Positions 29,689-39,412 of a stretch of DNA of 64,000 nt are shown in pieces. The translations under genes and the position numbers were made by a program. The DNA is taken from assembly GCA_041739995.1 (NCBI GenBank), contig JBGSMV010000047.1, positions 128,001 to 192,000 of the forward strand, read 5' to 3'. Within the stretch, counting starts at the first letter, position 1. Each line of letters begins with the position of its first letter. Source of the stretch: Bdellovibrionota bacterium (lineage in GTDB: Bacteria > Bdellovibrionota_C > UBA2361 > JBGSMV01). The notes beneath the pieces were generated by a model, which saw only the letters and a program-made list of their open reading frames with translations, had not been told where the DNA came from and searched no databases.

Positions 29689-31175
29689 GTTCTTAACCTC
29701 GGTCGCTTGATAATTTGAAATAAAGCTTTGAAGAGGTTGCTTAGATAGGTTGCATCTGGAGTCTCAAAATACTCTCCGGGCGGAAAAGAGGGACCATAGC
29801 GTGGAATGCATAGAGAGTGTTCTTGATACCCTATTGGCTCGAATGCTGGATCCGCTGGTCCAAGCAAGTTGTTGGTGAGGCGTACGGTGTTGGTGAGCCG
29901 TCTAAATAAATATGGACGAGTGCGAAATTGAATCTGATCTTCTGGTAGCAGGTGTGTCTCGGCACGCTCAGAACAGGTTTGGAACGGGACTCGATCGCCT
30001 TCTTCCATACACCAGTTTTCCCCGGATGCGCCAAGGCCTACCCCAAGCACAGGAATGTTCATAGATCTGAGCAGGTCAGACTGAACGATTGCGGCATAGG
30101 CATGACGTTGGGCACATTCGGGAATGATGGTGTAAGTCCTTCGCCCTGAGGAATCCCTCTCGGCGGTATAGTAGCATGTCGCTGAACTGGCGGCGGAAAT
30201 CGCGGCATATCCGCAATGATGGGAGCCGTTGTTTGGGTTTGGCGCAGGACGATCGTGCGGAGAGTGTGTGGGTGCACCATCAGACATAAGTACGACATAC
30301 CGAGCGACTGATGGGTCAAGATTCGCATTATTGAAAAGACCCCTCGCTAGACTAAGTCCACATGAAATGCAGGTACCGCCGTTTGAGGTAAGTTGATCAA
30401 TAATTCCGTCTTGGCCTGTAATTGGATTGTTGATGGTTTGATCTTTGCAACGACTCTCTCCCGGTAGATCGGAGCAGGGCACAAGAGGCTGGAGCGCGCG
30501 ACTTCCGGCGACAAAGCTGCTGCCGCTGCCGCTGGTGCTTATGCTGTTGAAACCTACCACTCCTATGAAGTCTGTATCATCTAAATCAGCGATAAAGCTC
30601 TTCGCCGCCTGTTTGAGTAGGCAAGCCTTTGTGCAACGCCCGTTGCTCATACGGCAGGCATTCGAAACAGAGCATTCTTGAGAAGCCTTCATGGATCCAG
30701 ATTCATCGAGGACGAGCACCACTGCCACTCTGCGCCCTCCTCCGCCAGCTCTCGCATTAACCACTTCATAGCTCGCCAACTCGGGCAGCAGGGCATGAAG
30801 AATAAAGGTTTGGGCGGGAGTGTCGGCGTTTGCATTGATTTGCCCTCGGTCGACGTTAACGGTTATGGATGATGCCGGACGTGAATCAGTAGCGTCGGGG
30901 TGGTAAATGCCTGATGCCCGCATGTTGGCAATGATAAAGCTAGTAGTAGCTGCCCTGAGAGTGTCATCATCTGAATTGCTACTATCAAGCATGGCCGAGA
31001 TCACCCCTGCATCTACGGCGCGCTGTAAGTAGAGTTGGGTTAAGAACATGTTGCCGGCATCGATTGCAAGTCCCGCGACGGCGAGTAGGGCACTAAATAT
31101 GAGGAATGCGAGCGGAAAGAACGCACCACCTTCGCTTCCACGCACAGATACTTTGCTAAAAAATCGTTGCATCAT
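29685..31175 (-). CDS. TadG-like protein (Tad N-terminal domain plus vWA domain)
   Basis: SEGGAFF plus TM helix, GLAIDAG, LQRAVDAG, MIDAS DESGS, GGT, LMSDG; Cys-rich inserts. Confidence 0.85.
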   Translation of the reverse strand: MMQRFFSKVSVRGSEGGAFFPLAFLIFSALLAVAGLAIDAGNMFLTQLYLQRAVDAGVISAMLDSSNSDDDTLRAATTSFIIANMRASGIYHPDATDSRPASSITVNVDRGQINANADTPAQTFILHALLPELASYEVVNARAGGGGRRVAVVLVLDESGSMKASQECSVSNACRMSNGRCTKACLLKQAAKSFIADLDDTDFIGVVGFNSISTSGSGSSFVAGSRALQPLVPCSDLPGESRCKDQTINNPITGQDGIIDQLTSNGGTCISCGLSLARGLFNNANLDPSVARYVVLMSDGAPTHSPHDRPAPNPNNGSHHCGYAAISAASSATCYYTAERDSSGRRTYTIIPECAQRHAYAAIVQSDLLRSMNIPVLGVGLGASGENWCMEEGDRVPFQTCSERAETHLLPEDQIQFRTRPYLFRRLTNTVRLTNNLLGPADPAFEPIGYQEHSLCIPRYGPSFPPGEYFETPDATYLSNLFKALFQIIKRPRLRT

Positions 31176-32025
31176 AGGCCACCAAACTTTCTGAAAGTTG
31201 AGGTTGATTACCGTACCGTAGACTCGTCTCCGCGATGAAAATGCGTTTTCTGAAGTTGAAGAGCACGAGCAACTCAGGCGATTGAATGATGCGCTCGTTG
31301 TTAAAGCGAGTGACGAGAGTCAGCCTCGAAGCGGCTGATTGTGTTTCCGTCGGACGTCCCACAGGGGGATCTAACGGATTAGTTGACGGGTAGTTGGTGC
31401 AGTCTTCGATGTTGTCGAAATCTATCGGTAAAAGCAGGCTGTTGTGTTCAACAAAAGGGTTGAGTTCTAGGGGTTTGCAGGCAGAAGGAGGGCCGGTAAC
31501 TGGTACAGGCTCTGTTGTCCCTACAGGCTCAATGCTTTCCAACTCCGGGCATGTACAGGTGCAGCCTATACTTTGAGTAGGGCAAAGAGCGCCAGCACTG
31601 TCATAACATGAAAAGGAATTGCAATCGTATGCCGTGACGACGGATGCATAGTTGGAAAGAGAGTGTCCCGAGAGATTATCGAACAGAAATTTTGCCTCGA
31701 CCAAACATGCGTCAACTTCATTCATCGGTGTGGATGAATCGTTTAGTACCGCTCTACAGTCTCGCATGGCATGATTTGCGAGCTCTCGGCTTAAATTTGA
31801 GTTCTCGCTTTTGGCAAAGAGCACGTCAGAGACGGCAGTGACGCCGAAGAGAATGCCAAAAAGAATAGGAACAAATAAAGTGAGTTCAACGAGTGAAGAT
31901 GCGCGCTCTGTGTCTAGAGAGTAGCGATTTGCTACCTTGAACGCTCGTCCAAGGGAGAGCGAATTACGCGAAGAATGCAGAACCCTGCGTATGGGATAAG
32001 GTAGGGGCAACATCAGCAGCTCCAA
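31156..32025 (-). CDS. TadE-like pseudopilin with Cys-rich insert (start uncertain)
   Basis: ASSLVELTLFVPILF motif followed by SRELA; overlaps the start of the TadG-like gene. Confidence 0.7.
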   Translation of the reverse strand: MELLMLPLPYPIRRVLHSSRNSLSLGRAFKVANRYSLDTERASSLVELTLFVPILFGILFGVTAVSDVLFAKSENSNLSRELANHAMRDCRAVLNDSSTPMNEVDACLVEAKFLFDNLSGHSLSNYASVVTAYDCNSFSCYDSAGALCPTQSIGCTCTCPELESIEPVGTTEPVPVTGPPSACKPLELNPFVEHNSLLLPIDFDNIEDCTNYPSTNPLDPPVGRPTETQSAASRLTLVTRFNNERIIQSPELLVLFNFRKRIFIAETSLRYGNQPQLSESLVAYDATIF

Positions 32026-32115
32026 AAGCAGCTTGACCGTTAAGTGCGTAATGTAGCCATGAGTGGCTCATTACTCCGGTAGGGTGCCCCACACCTCTAC
32101 TGAGGAAACCTACTG

Positions 32116-32131
32116 TGCAAGTTGCATGCCT
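32116..32131 (-). promoter_or_regulatory. Candidate sigma-54 (-24/-12) promoter for the Tad pseudopilin cluster
   Basis: Minus strand reads AGGCATGCAACTTGCA: GG-N10-GC with TTGCA, about 90 bp upstream of the first ORF. Confidence 0.55.
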
Positions 32132-32333
32132 GGCGGCTTGTTCAGTCTGCGGGTCGCAGGGAACCGGTTGATAGAGAACTAGGTATTTATCTAGTGAGCT
32201 CGCGAGGCTGGCGGATTTGGTTGAGCAACCTGACTAGGGCCAATTTGCTCTTACGCTCAATGGCGAAGTAACGTTAGGGATATCCTGTTCTGGGTCGCCG
32301 ACGCTCCCCAGAACAAAATGAGTTGGGGTACCT

Positions 32334-33782
32334 ATGCTTCTTCGACGGATCTATGACGAGAATCTAGCTGCGGCCACTTATTTGATTGGCTGTCAGCGAA
32401 CAGGGGAATCTATCTTGATTGATCCTGAGAGAGATATCGACCGCTATCTCTCCATTGCGACGCGTGAGGGGCTCCGTATCACCGCAGTGACTGAAACCCA
32501 TATTCACGCAGATTTCCTCTCTGGTACCAGAGAGGTGGCGGAGCAAACTGGTGCGACCGTGTACGTTTCCGATGAGGGCGGCCCGGATTGGAGCTACCAG
32601 TGGCTAGATAAGAAAGCGTCTGGAGGCTCTTATAAACACGAGCTTTTGAAAGATGGGGCTATCTTTAACGTCGGGAACATTGAATTTAAGGTTCTTCACA
32701 CCCCAGGACACACTCCAGAGCACATCTCATTCCTTGTAACCGACAAGGGCTCCGGCGCTACCGAACCGATTGGAATCGCCTCGGGAGACTTTCTCTTTGT
32801 TGGAGATCTCGGAAGGCCTGACTTATTAGAGACCGCGGCAGGCAGAGTTGGATCTGCCGACGAGTCAGCTCATGTCCTCTATAAGTCTGTACAAAAGCTG
32901 AGGAGTTTGCCCGACTTTGTGCAAGTGTGGCCTGCTCATGGCGCAGGAAGTGCGTGCGGAAAATCGTTGGGCGCGGTGCCGGTCTCAACTATTGGATATG
33001 AGAACCGCTTTAACCCCGCTATCAAATCTGCAACTAACGAAAGGGGCTTCGTTGATTATATTCTAGCAGGACAACCTGAACCGCCGCTCTATTTTGCACG
33101 GATGAAGCGAGAAAATAAGATTGGGCCGAGAATCCTCGGAGCCCTTCCTGAGCCGCGCGCACTCACTCTCTCAGACTTAAAAGGTATCAATACCAAAACT
33201 GACGTTCTGATTGACACGCGTGACTGGTCTCAGTTTCGAGCGGGGCACATTGCAGGATCTTTTTTCCACCCGTTTAACCGAAGTTTTGTTACCGATATCG
33301 GTTCAATGGTTGGGGACGACCCCAAAATCTATTTGATTTGTACTAAGAGCGAGCTCGAAGAGATTTCTCGAAACCTAGTCCGAATAGGCTTGGATCAAAT
33401 CTTAGGTTGGATTGAACCTTCAGCGGTTTCTGAGTTTGCTCAACAGGGAGGCCCGCTGATTAAAATACAAGAAGAAAGCGCGGCAGACCTTCGAAAGAAA
33501 ATTGACGCAGGCTCTGTCCACGTGCTTGATGTGAGAGGATTATCCGAATATCAAGAGGGTCACATTAAAGGGGCGCAACACATCGCGCACACGCGACTGG
33601 CTGGTAAACTGAAGGATGTCCCGACAGAGAAATCCCTAGCCGTTCATTGCAGGAGCGGGGTGCGTGCCTCGTATGCCTGTGCATTGCTGACGAGAGCTGG
33701 GTTCGACGTTATTAATCTTCGTGGCGGGATACTTGAATGGGAAAAGACGGGCTGCCCGACAGAGAAACAAAAAGAGGGGTGA
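32334..33782 (+). CDS. MBL-fold persulfide dioxygenase with rhodanese domains (CstB/Blh-like)
   Basis: ETHIHADF, HTPGHTPEH, GDLGRPDL, PAHGAGSACG, C-terminal rhodanese HCRSGVRA. Confidence 0.9.
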   Translation: MLLRRIYDENLAAATYLIGCQRTGESILIDPERDIDRYLSIATREGLRITAVTETHIHADFLSGTREVAEQTGATVYVSDEGGPDWSYQWLDKKASGGSYKHELLKDGAIFNVGNIEFKVLHTPGHTPEHISFLVTDKGSGATEPIGIASGDFLFVGDLGRPDLLETAAGRVGSADESAHVLYKSVQKLRSLPDFVQVWPAHGAGSACGKSLGAVPVSTIGYENRFNPAIKSATNERGFVDYILAGQPEPPLYFARMKRENKIGPRILGALPEPRALTLSDLKGINTKTDVLIDTRDWSQFRAGHIAGSFFHPFNRSFVTDIGSMVGDDPKIYLICTKSELEEISRNLVRIGLDQILGWIEPSAVSEFAQQGGPLIKIQEESAADLRKKIDAGSVHVLDVRGLSEYQEGHIKGAQHIAHTRLAGKLKDVPTEKSLAVHCRSGVRASYACALLTRAGFDVINLRGGILEWEKTGCPTEKQKEG

Positions 33783-33785
33783 ATC

Positions 33786-34343
33786 ATGAATCAAGCGCTT
33801 GAAGTAGATGTAAATACCGCGAAGCAGTGGATTAGTGACGGCCAGGCCGTTTTGGTGGACGTTCGTGAGAATGATGAATTCGTGGCCGAACATGTTCCGG
33901 GTGCCAAGCTTAACCCACTGTCAATTTTCGATCCCGCAGCTGTTGCACGAGAAGCGAAGGACGGAAATCAGAAAATTCTCTTGATGTGTAGGAGCGGAAA
34001 GCGTGCGAGCGATGCCCTGGTGCGATTAAAGAATGCAACTTCAGCTCAGGCTTACTGCGTGAGTGGCGGGATTGTCGCTTGGAAGAACGCAGGCTTTGAA
34101 ACCAAAGCGCTCGCCAACGCACCCATTTCGATTATGCGGCAAGTTCAGATTGTTGCGGGCTCGTTGGTAGTCGTCGGCATTATTTTAGGCGAAGCCGTCT
34201 CCCCTACCTTTCGCCTTGTTTCAGCCTTTGTTGGTGCTGGGCTTGTATTTGCAGGCGCTACAGGAACCTGTGGTTTAGCGGCAGTGCTGTCTTTCATGCC
34301 GTGGAATCGATGCGTCAGGGACTGCGCGCCTCAAAAGAGTTAA
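33786..34343 (+). CDS. Membrane-anchored rhodanese (YgaP/DUF2892-like)
   Basis: LVDVRE, CRSGKR, GGIVAW, then RQVQIVAG..GLVFAGATGTCG..MPWN. Confidence 0.9.
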   Translation: MNQALEVDVNTAKQWISDGQAVLVDVRENDEFVAEHVPGAKLNPLSIFDPAAVAREAKDGNQKILLMCRSGKRASDALVRLKNATSAQAYCVSGGIVAWKNAGFETKALANAPISIMRQVQIVAGSLVVVGIILGEAVSPTFRLVSAFVGAGLVFAGATGTCGLAAVLSFMPWNRCVRDCAPQKS

Positions 34344-34365
34344 GAGTTAGGAGTTGCAAAATTTC

Positions 34366-34560
34366 CTATCTCTTAACTGGAGAAAGGACATCAAGAACGA
34401 AGTGATGAAAAATTCTTGTCCAGCCATCACTGCCTCGGCGCGAATCACTTCTCGCTACTGCCGAGGCCACATCATTATAGGTATTTCGATAAATAGATTG
34501 CGAGGTCTTGGAAGCGCACCCAGTGGAGATTAGGAGTATAAAGACAACAAGGCATCGCAT
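34366..34560 (-). CDS. Possible small lipoprotein (64 aa)
   Basis: MRCLVVFILLISTG-C has a hydrophobic core and a lipobox-like Cys. Confidence 0.4.
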   Translation of the reverse strand: MRCLVVFILLISTGCASKTSQSIYRNTYNDVASAVARSDSRRGSDGWTRIFHHFVLDVLSPVKR

Positions 34561-34861
34561 AGTGATGATACTATAGCACACAAGGTGCCACTACCGAATG
34601 TTCGCCGCCGGTGATGTGACGACTATGCCTACGAACTTGTTTCCCCCTTAGATCAGTGAAATGACGAATCGTTTTCCTTCTGATGAGCCAAATTCTGCTG
34701 GAGGGTGCTTCTCGAATCTCTTAGAAAGGAACGCTGACACCCGACAAGTTCATACGGCGAACACGGCGCGATCGTCTACGGTTGCATATCGAATCGTGAC
34801 CACGCATCTTTGTACCAGACTCGCCGGCTAATTGTCTGCAAGAGAGGAATGCGAGCACGCG

Positions 34862-35827
34862 CTATGGCAGTGCAGAGAATCCAACCCACGCAGGAGCTGA
34901 GGGTGACGCAAAAATGTAAATGATGGTTCCGAGCGCTAAATACGGGCCAAACGGAAGTTGATACGTCATGCGCTTGCCTGACACTAAGATCAGCAATAAG
35001 CCAAGAACCGAACCCAACAAAGACCCAATGAACATAGTATAGAGCGCTCCGGGTAAACCGAAGAATGCGCCCGTAAGTGCGAGGAGCTTTACATCCCCAA
35101 GCCCAAGACCCTCACGCTTTCGTACGCGATAATAAACTTCCGCAATGAGGAACAGCACGCCGCCACCGAAGGCAACCCCAAGCAGTGAGTCGACGATACC
35201 TGGGGCAAAGGGCCAGCCAAGAATTTCAGTATATTCATTTACGATTGCAAATAGGACTCCAAGAATAGTTCCTGGAATCGAGATGACATCAGGGATGATG
35301 TAGTAGTCGATGTCGATAAAACTTATCACTATCAGCATCGCGCAAAAGAGGAACACGAAAAGAGCGGTCCAGGTGAGACCAAATGCTAAGAGTGAAAGTG
35401 CCGCGGTACTTGCAGACAGGAACTCTACCAGCGGGTATCGAAATGGAATCGAGGTTGCACAGAAGGCGCACTTCCCGCGAAGAAATAACCAGCTTAAGAG
35501 TGGAATATTGTGGTACCAGCAAAGCTGCTTTTGGCATGAAGGGCAGAATGAGCGAGCAGGATACGTCAGAGAGAGTTCGCGTTCTTCGGGCTGCTGCGGA
35601 GCCGATTCTTGAGGATGGGCTTGCGAAGCGGTTTGCGGCGTCGAGTTTTCTTCAGATGCTAGCGCAACGTTTTCAGGGGCACCCTCCCCTCCTTCTTGAC
35701 CTGCTTCTTCTAGCCCCCAATCCGGCGGTCCTTTCTGTCGTCCGTAGGGAATGCGGTAAATGCAGACAGAGAGAAAGCTGCCAATGATGAGACCCAATAT
35801 GATTGTGAAGATGAGAGACATGATCAA
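34862..35827 (-). CDS. pilD: Prepilin peptidase / N-methyltransferase (A24A)
   Basis: GSFLSVCIYRIP, RSFCPSC, NIPLLSW, GKCAFC, RYPLVE, IDID, GLGDVKL, PFGPYL. Confidence 0.93.
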   Translation of the reverse strand: MIMSLIFTIILGLIIGSFLSVCIYRIPYGRQKGPPDWGLEEAGQEGGEGAPENVALASEENSTPQTASQAHPQESAPQQPEERELSLTYPARSFCPSCQKQLCWYHNIPLLSWLFLRGKCAFCATSIPFRYPLVEFLSASTAALSLLAFGLTWTALFVFLFCAMLIVISFIDIDYYIIPDVISIPGTILGVLFAIVNEYTEILGWPFAPGIVDSLLGVAFGGGVLFLIAEVYYRVRKREGLGLGDVKLLALTGAFFGLPGALYTMFIGSLLGSVLGLLLILVSGKRMTYQLPFGPYLALGTIIYIFASPSAPAWVGFSALP

Positions 35828-35840
35828 CTTGAACGAAAGA

Positions 35841-35892
35841 TATTCCTAGAACGGTATTCCTAGAACACTGCTTCCTAGAACACTGCCTAGAG
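35841..35892. repeat. Imperfect 14-15-bp tandem repeat with TTCCTAGAAC core
   Basis: CCTAG cores at 35845, 35859, 35874 and 35886. Confidence 0.85.
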
Positions 35893-36080
35893 CTCAAAAT
35901 CCAGCCTGGAATTCTAGGTAGGCGAACAAGCAAGCTAGCCAACACTGGCGAAGATACCCCCGCACATTCCAGAGGCCCTAGGATGCACCGCTTAGGGCGC
36001 TCTGCCTAGCGGGCATCTTTTCTCAAGGGGGGCGAAAAGCTCGAAATCGAGGCGGAGGAAGAAGGCCACGATGGTAGGGG

Positions 36081-36779
36081 TTAGCCTGCTTTATCGCGGA
36101 GCTTCTGCATAAGCCCACTAAACTCTTCCTTTCGAATGATCCCCGCAAACTCGCTGCGGTAATTGGCAACAAGACCGATGTTTTCAACCACCACGTCGTA
36201 GACTCTCCACTCTCCTTCAACAAATTGCAGCTTGTAATCAATGGGAAACGACTCTCCGCGAGAGGTAACCGTTGTTCTCACAATGGCGCGCGGATACTGC
36301 ACTTTCTCTTTGTCGACCGTGAGCATGTCTCGAGTGGCAGTTTCAACGCGGTCGAGATAGGTAGAGGCGAGAAGCTTAGAAAAGATACGGGAGAATTCAG
36401 CCTGCTCTTCTTTCGTGCGCTTAGGCCATTCAGGTCCAAGTGAGCGCTTCGCCATTTCGTCAAAATCAAAGCGAGGTTCTATGATACGTCTGAGCTCGTC
36501 TCTACGTTCTTTGGTGTGAGCGTCGCCCATCAGCCTTTCGTTGGTAGCAACCACCTGGTCAAGCGTGATTTTCACCTCTTTCAGAGGTGATGTGGCTGCA
36601 GCTTCTTTTTCCTCGGCGGAGCGGTTCTCAACAGTTGAAGCGGCATCAGCTAAAGCAGGTTCTGTGTTTGCGGTGGCAAGCGCGACCAGGGTGGCCAAGG
36701 AAAAAGCAGTGACCAGTGCAGCACGAAGAGGGTTTAAACTAATCACAAAAGGCGCACCCAGAAGTAAGGAAAATTTCAT
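36081..36779 (-). CDS. mlaC: Periplasmic phospholipid-binding protein MlaC/Ttg2D
   Basis: Signal peptide, FDFDEMAKRSLG, IDYKL, WRVYDVVVENIGLVANYRSEF. Confidence 0.93.
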   Translation of the reverse strand: MKFSLLLGAPFVISLNPLRAALVTAFSLATLVALATANTEPALADAASTVENRSAEEKEAAATSPLKEVKITLDQVVATNERLMGDAHTKERRDELRRIIEPRFDFDEMAKRSLGPEWPKRTKEEQAEFSRIFSKLLASTYLDRVETATRDMLTVDKEKVQYPRAIVRTTVTSRGESFPIDYKLQFVEGEWRVYDVVVENIGLVANYRSEFAGIIRKEEFSGLMQKLRDKAG

Positions 36780-36883
36780 AACCAGCTCCGAAAGTACTTA
36801 AAGGAGAAACGAGAGTCTTTCAACGCTTGTTCCTAGACTCGTTCATTAGGGCGAGCTCATTCCCGATCAGACAAGGAAGGGCT

Positions 36884-37783
36884 TTACTTCTCTTCCTCGT
36901 CACCGCTTGTCATACTATGGATGATTTTCCCGATAATATCTTCGAAATCGACTGCTGATTCGGTTTCCGTCATTTTCCCATTTGGAGGCACCATGTCCTC
37001 AGAACCGCCGCGGGAGATCCTCACGTAACGAGCTCCAATGAGACCCTTAGAGCGAATAGCGGCGATATCATCATCTCGTATCTGCACGTCTTTCTGCAGG
37101 CGCATGGTAACAATAGCGGCTGGATCTTCAAAGGTAATGCCACGAACTTCTCCGACTTGTACGCCTGCAATCTCAACGCTCGCACCAATAGAGAGCCCCG
37201 CGATGCTATCAAATTCAGCAAACACATCGTAGGAGTCTGCAGCGTTGAGCTTGAAGCCCTGGCCACCGCCACCGAAGCTGCGAGTAAGATTGCCTACCAA
37301 GTCTTCAATATCCACAGTGGACTCAGTGTCGAGAAGAACCTGCCCCTCTTCAAGCATGGTGCTGGACGCTCCCCGTACAATTTTCACATAACGGTCGCCA
37401 ATGACTCCTTTCGTTCGAATGGCGGCGAGATCGTCAGAGCGAAGCTGAACACCCTTTCGAAGACTTAAAGTCAGGCGCGCTTGAGGGTCATTAAGTGATA
37501 TTGCTGTCACTTCTCCCACCTGTACTCCGGCTATTTCGACTGACGCGCCCTCTTTCAGACCGGCGATATTTTCGAAGTCTGCATATATCGAGTAGCTGCT
37601 TGAGCCAAAGATTTTTAAATCGCCAAGGCCAACAGAAAGGTACCCGGCAGCGGCGACACCAATCATCGTGAATAGCCCAACGAAGAACTCTGTCGAAAAT
37701 GACCGACTAGGCATCGGAATCTGGGCATGGGCGGGAACTTCTTTTGAAGCTACGCCTGGATTACTGGATTTGGATTGGTCCAT
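36884..37783 (-). CDS. mlaD: MlaD-family protein with two tandem MCE domains
   Basis: N-terminal TM (EFFVGLF) followed by two copies of IAGL..GASVEIAGVQVGEV..AAIR.KG.IG.RYV. Confidence 0.9.
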   Translation of the reverse strand: MDQSKSSNPGVASKEVPAHAQIPMPSRSFSTEFFVGLFTMIGVAAAGYLSVGLGDLKIFGSSSYSIYADFENIAGLKEGASVEIAGVQVGEVTAISLNDPQARLTLSLRKGVQLRSDDLAAIRTKGVIGDRYVKIVRGASSTMLEEGQVLLDTESTVDIEDLVGNLTRSFGGGGQGFKLNAADSYDVFAEFDSIAGLSIGASVEIAGVQVGEVRGITFEDPAAIVTMRLQKDVQIRDDDIAAIRSKGLIGARYVRISRGGSEDMVPPNGKMTETESAVDFEDIIGKIIHSMTSGDEEEK

Positions 37784-38510
37784 CTACACTCCCACTCAAG
37801 AACTGCACTACAGCAGGGTTTTTAGAGCTCAGCAACTCATCAGGGGTTCCTTCGCAAATAATGCTTCCCCCCAAAATCATCGCCACACGATCAGAGACTT
37901 GAAATACTTCTGGTAATTCATGACTGATTACCACGCCGGTGAATCCCCAGAGCGCCTTGCTCTCCCGAATCAGGTCGTATACCTCCTGGCCAGTTAAAGG
38001 ATCCAGGCCGGTATTCGGCTCATCAAAAAGCAGCACTTTTGGCTCGGTAACGAGGCTACGAGCCATGCCGACGCGCTTCCTTGTAGCCATGGATATCTGT
38101 TGCGGCAACAGTGAGACGTAGTCTTCGAGGGAAAGCTGGTCAACCACAGCGCACACGCGGCGATGAACTTCCTCGGTGCCAAGGTGCAGGCGTTCTCTAA
38201 GACCGAAGGCGATATTGTCGTAGACCGTCAGTGAGTCAAAGAGTGCTGCCGACTGAAAGAGCACCCCCAGAGACGATCGGATATCGTTCTTGGTGGACTC
38301 AAGGCGCGCCTTTGTGATGCTTCGACCATCGATCAAGATCTCGCCGTCGTCTGGCTGCAAAATGCCCATGATGAGTTTAAGAAGCACGGATTTTCCAACA
38401 CCGCTCGGCCCTACGACCGCAGTGGTTTTCCCAGGAGCGATTTCGAGACTCACGTCCCGTAACACCACCTGAGTACCAAAGCTTTTAGAAATATTTCGGA
38501 CAGAGATCAT
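37761..38510 (-). CDS. mlaF: Mla ABC transporter ATPase
   Basis: GPSGVGKS, LFQSAALFDSLTV, LLFDEPNTGLDP, ISH. Signature position reads ISMAT. Confidence 0.9.
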   Translation of the reverse strand: MISVRNISKSFGTQVVLRDVSLEIAPGKTTAVVGPSGVGKSVLLKLIMGILQPDDGEILIDGRSITKARLESTKNDIRSSLGVLFQSAALFDSLTVYDNIAFGLRERLHLGTEEVHRRVCAVVDQLSLEDYVSLLPQQISMATRKRVGMARSLVTEPKVLLFDEPNTGLDPLTGQEVYDLIRESKALWGFTGVVISHELPEVFQVSDRVAMILGGSIICEGTPDELLSSKNPAVVQFLSGSVDGPIQIQ

Positions 38511-38517
38511 TTAAACC

Positions 38518-39324
38518 TTAGTCCATGAAAGCTCTGGTAAGAATGCTGGTGAGGAAGTAGTCGATCACCAATACCGCGACGGAAGCAGTCACCACACATT
38601 GAGTGGTGGCCTTGTTGACGCCAACTGCACCGAAACCACAGGTGTAGCCTTTGTAGCAAGAAACCCAACCGAAGATGACGCCGAACACCAAAGCTTTGAT
38701 GAGGCCAGAGGAGACATCAGTCATGGTGACCGCAGACTCCATCTGAGAGAGGAATGTTCCTGAACTTAATCCAAGCAATCCAACCGCGACGATGTAGCCA
38801 CCAAAGATGCCGACCACGATGTTCAAAGAGGCAAGAAGCGGCATCGCAACTACGCCGGCCAGAAAACGTGGTACCATCAAATAGCGAATGGGGTCTACGG
38901 CCATGGATCGTAGTGCATCAACTTGTTCGGTGATTCTCATAATGCCGAGCTCAGCAGTGATCGCTGAGCCCGCACGACCGATCACCATGAGAGCAGTAAG
39001 TACCGGGCCAAGTTCGCGAATGAGACTAAGCGCCACGGCAGAGCCGGTGTATGCGGTGGCCCCAAACTTACTCAAGGTGTACTCACCTTGCACGGCGAGC
39101 ACGGCACCGGTGAAGAGACCAATCAGTGCGATGACCAGCGCCGAGTTAGCCCCGATTTGAAGCATTTGTGTCAGAAACAGATGCCAGCGCATCGGTGGGG
39201 TAATGCAGCCGATAATGATTCGAAAGAAGAACACCCAAGATCGCCCCCATCCCTCGAGGATATCGAGCATGAATCTGCCGAGTTTTTCAGTGGCAGTGAT
39301 GGCGGGCGAGAAAGTGCTCAACAT
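38518..39324 (-). CDS. mlaE: Mla ABC transporter permease
   Basis: IRELGPVLTAL, GRAGSAITAELGIMRITEQVDAL, DPIRYL, GVNKATT. Confidence 0.95.
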   Translation of the reverse strand: MLSTFSPAITATEKLGRFMLDILEGWGRSWVFFFRIIIGCITPPMRWHLFLTQMLQIGANSALVIALIGLFTGAVLAVQGEYTLSKFGATAYTGSAVALSLIRELGPVLTALMVIGRAGSAITAELGIMRITEQVDALRSMAVDPIRYLMVPRFLAGVVAMPLLASLNIVVGIFGGYIVAVGLLGLSSGTFLSQMESAVTMTDVSSGLIKALVFGVIFGWVSCYKGYTCGFGAVGVNKATTQCVVTASVAVLVIDYFLTSILTRAFMD

Positions 39325-39412
39325 GGAAGAGTAGTTAATTCAGGAAATAAAATTATTCTGAAATTTCGCAAAGCGGCCTCCGGCTATTCTTCGCCCTTAA
39401 AGCCACTGTTCC

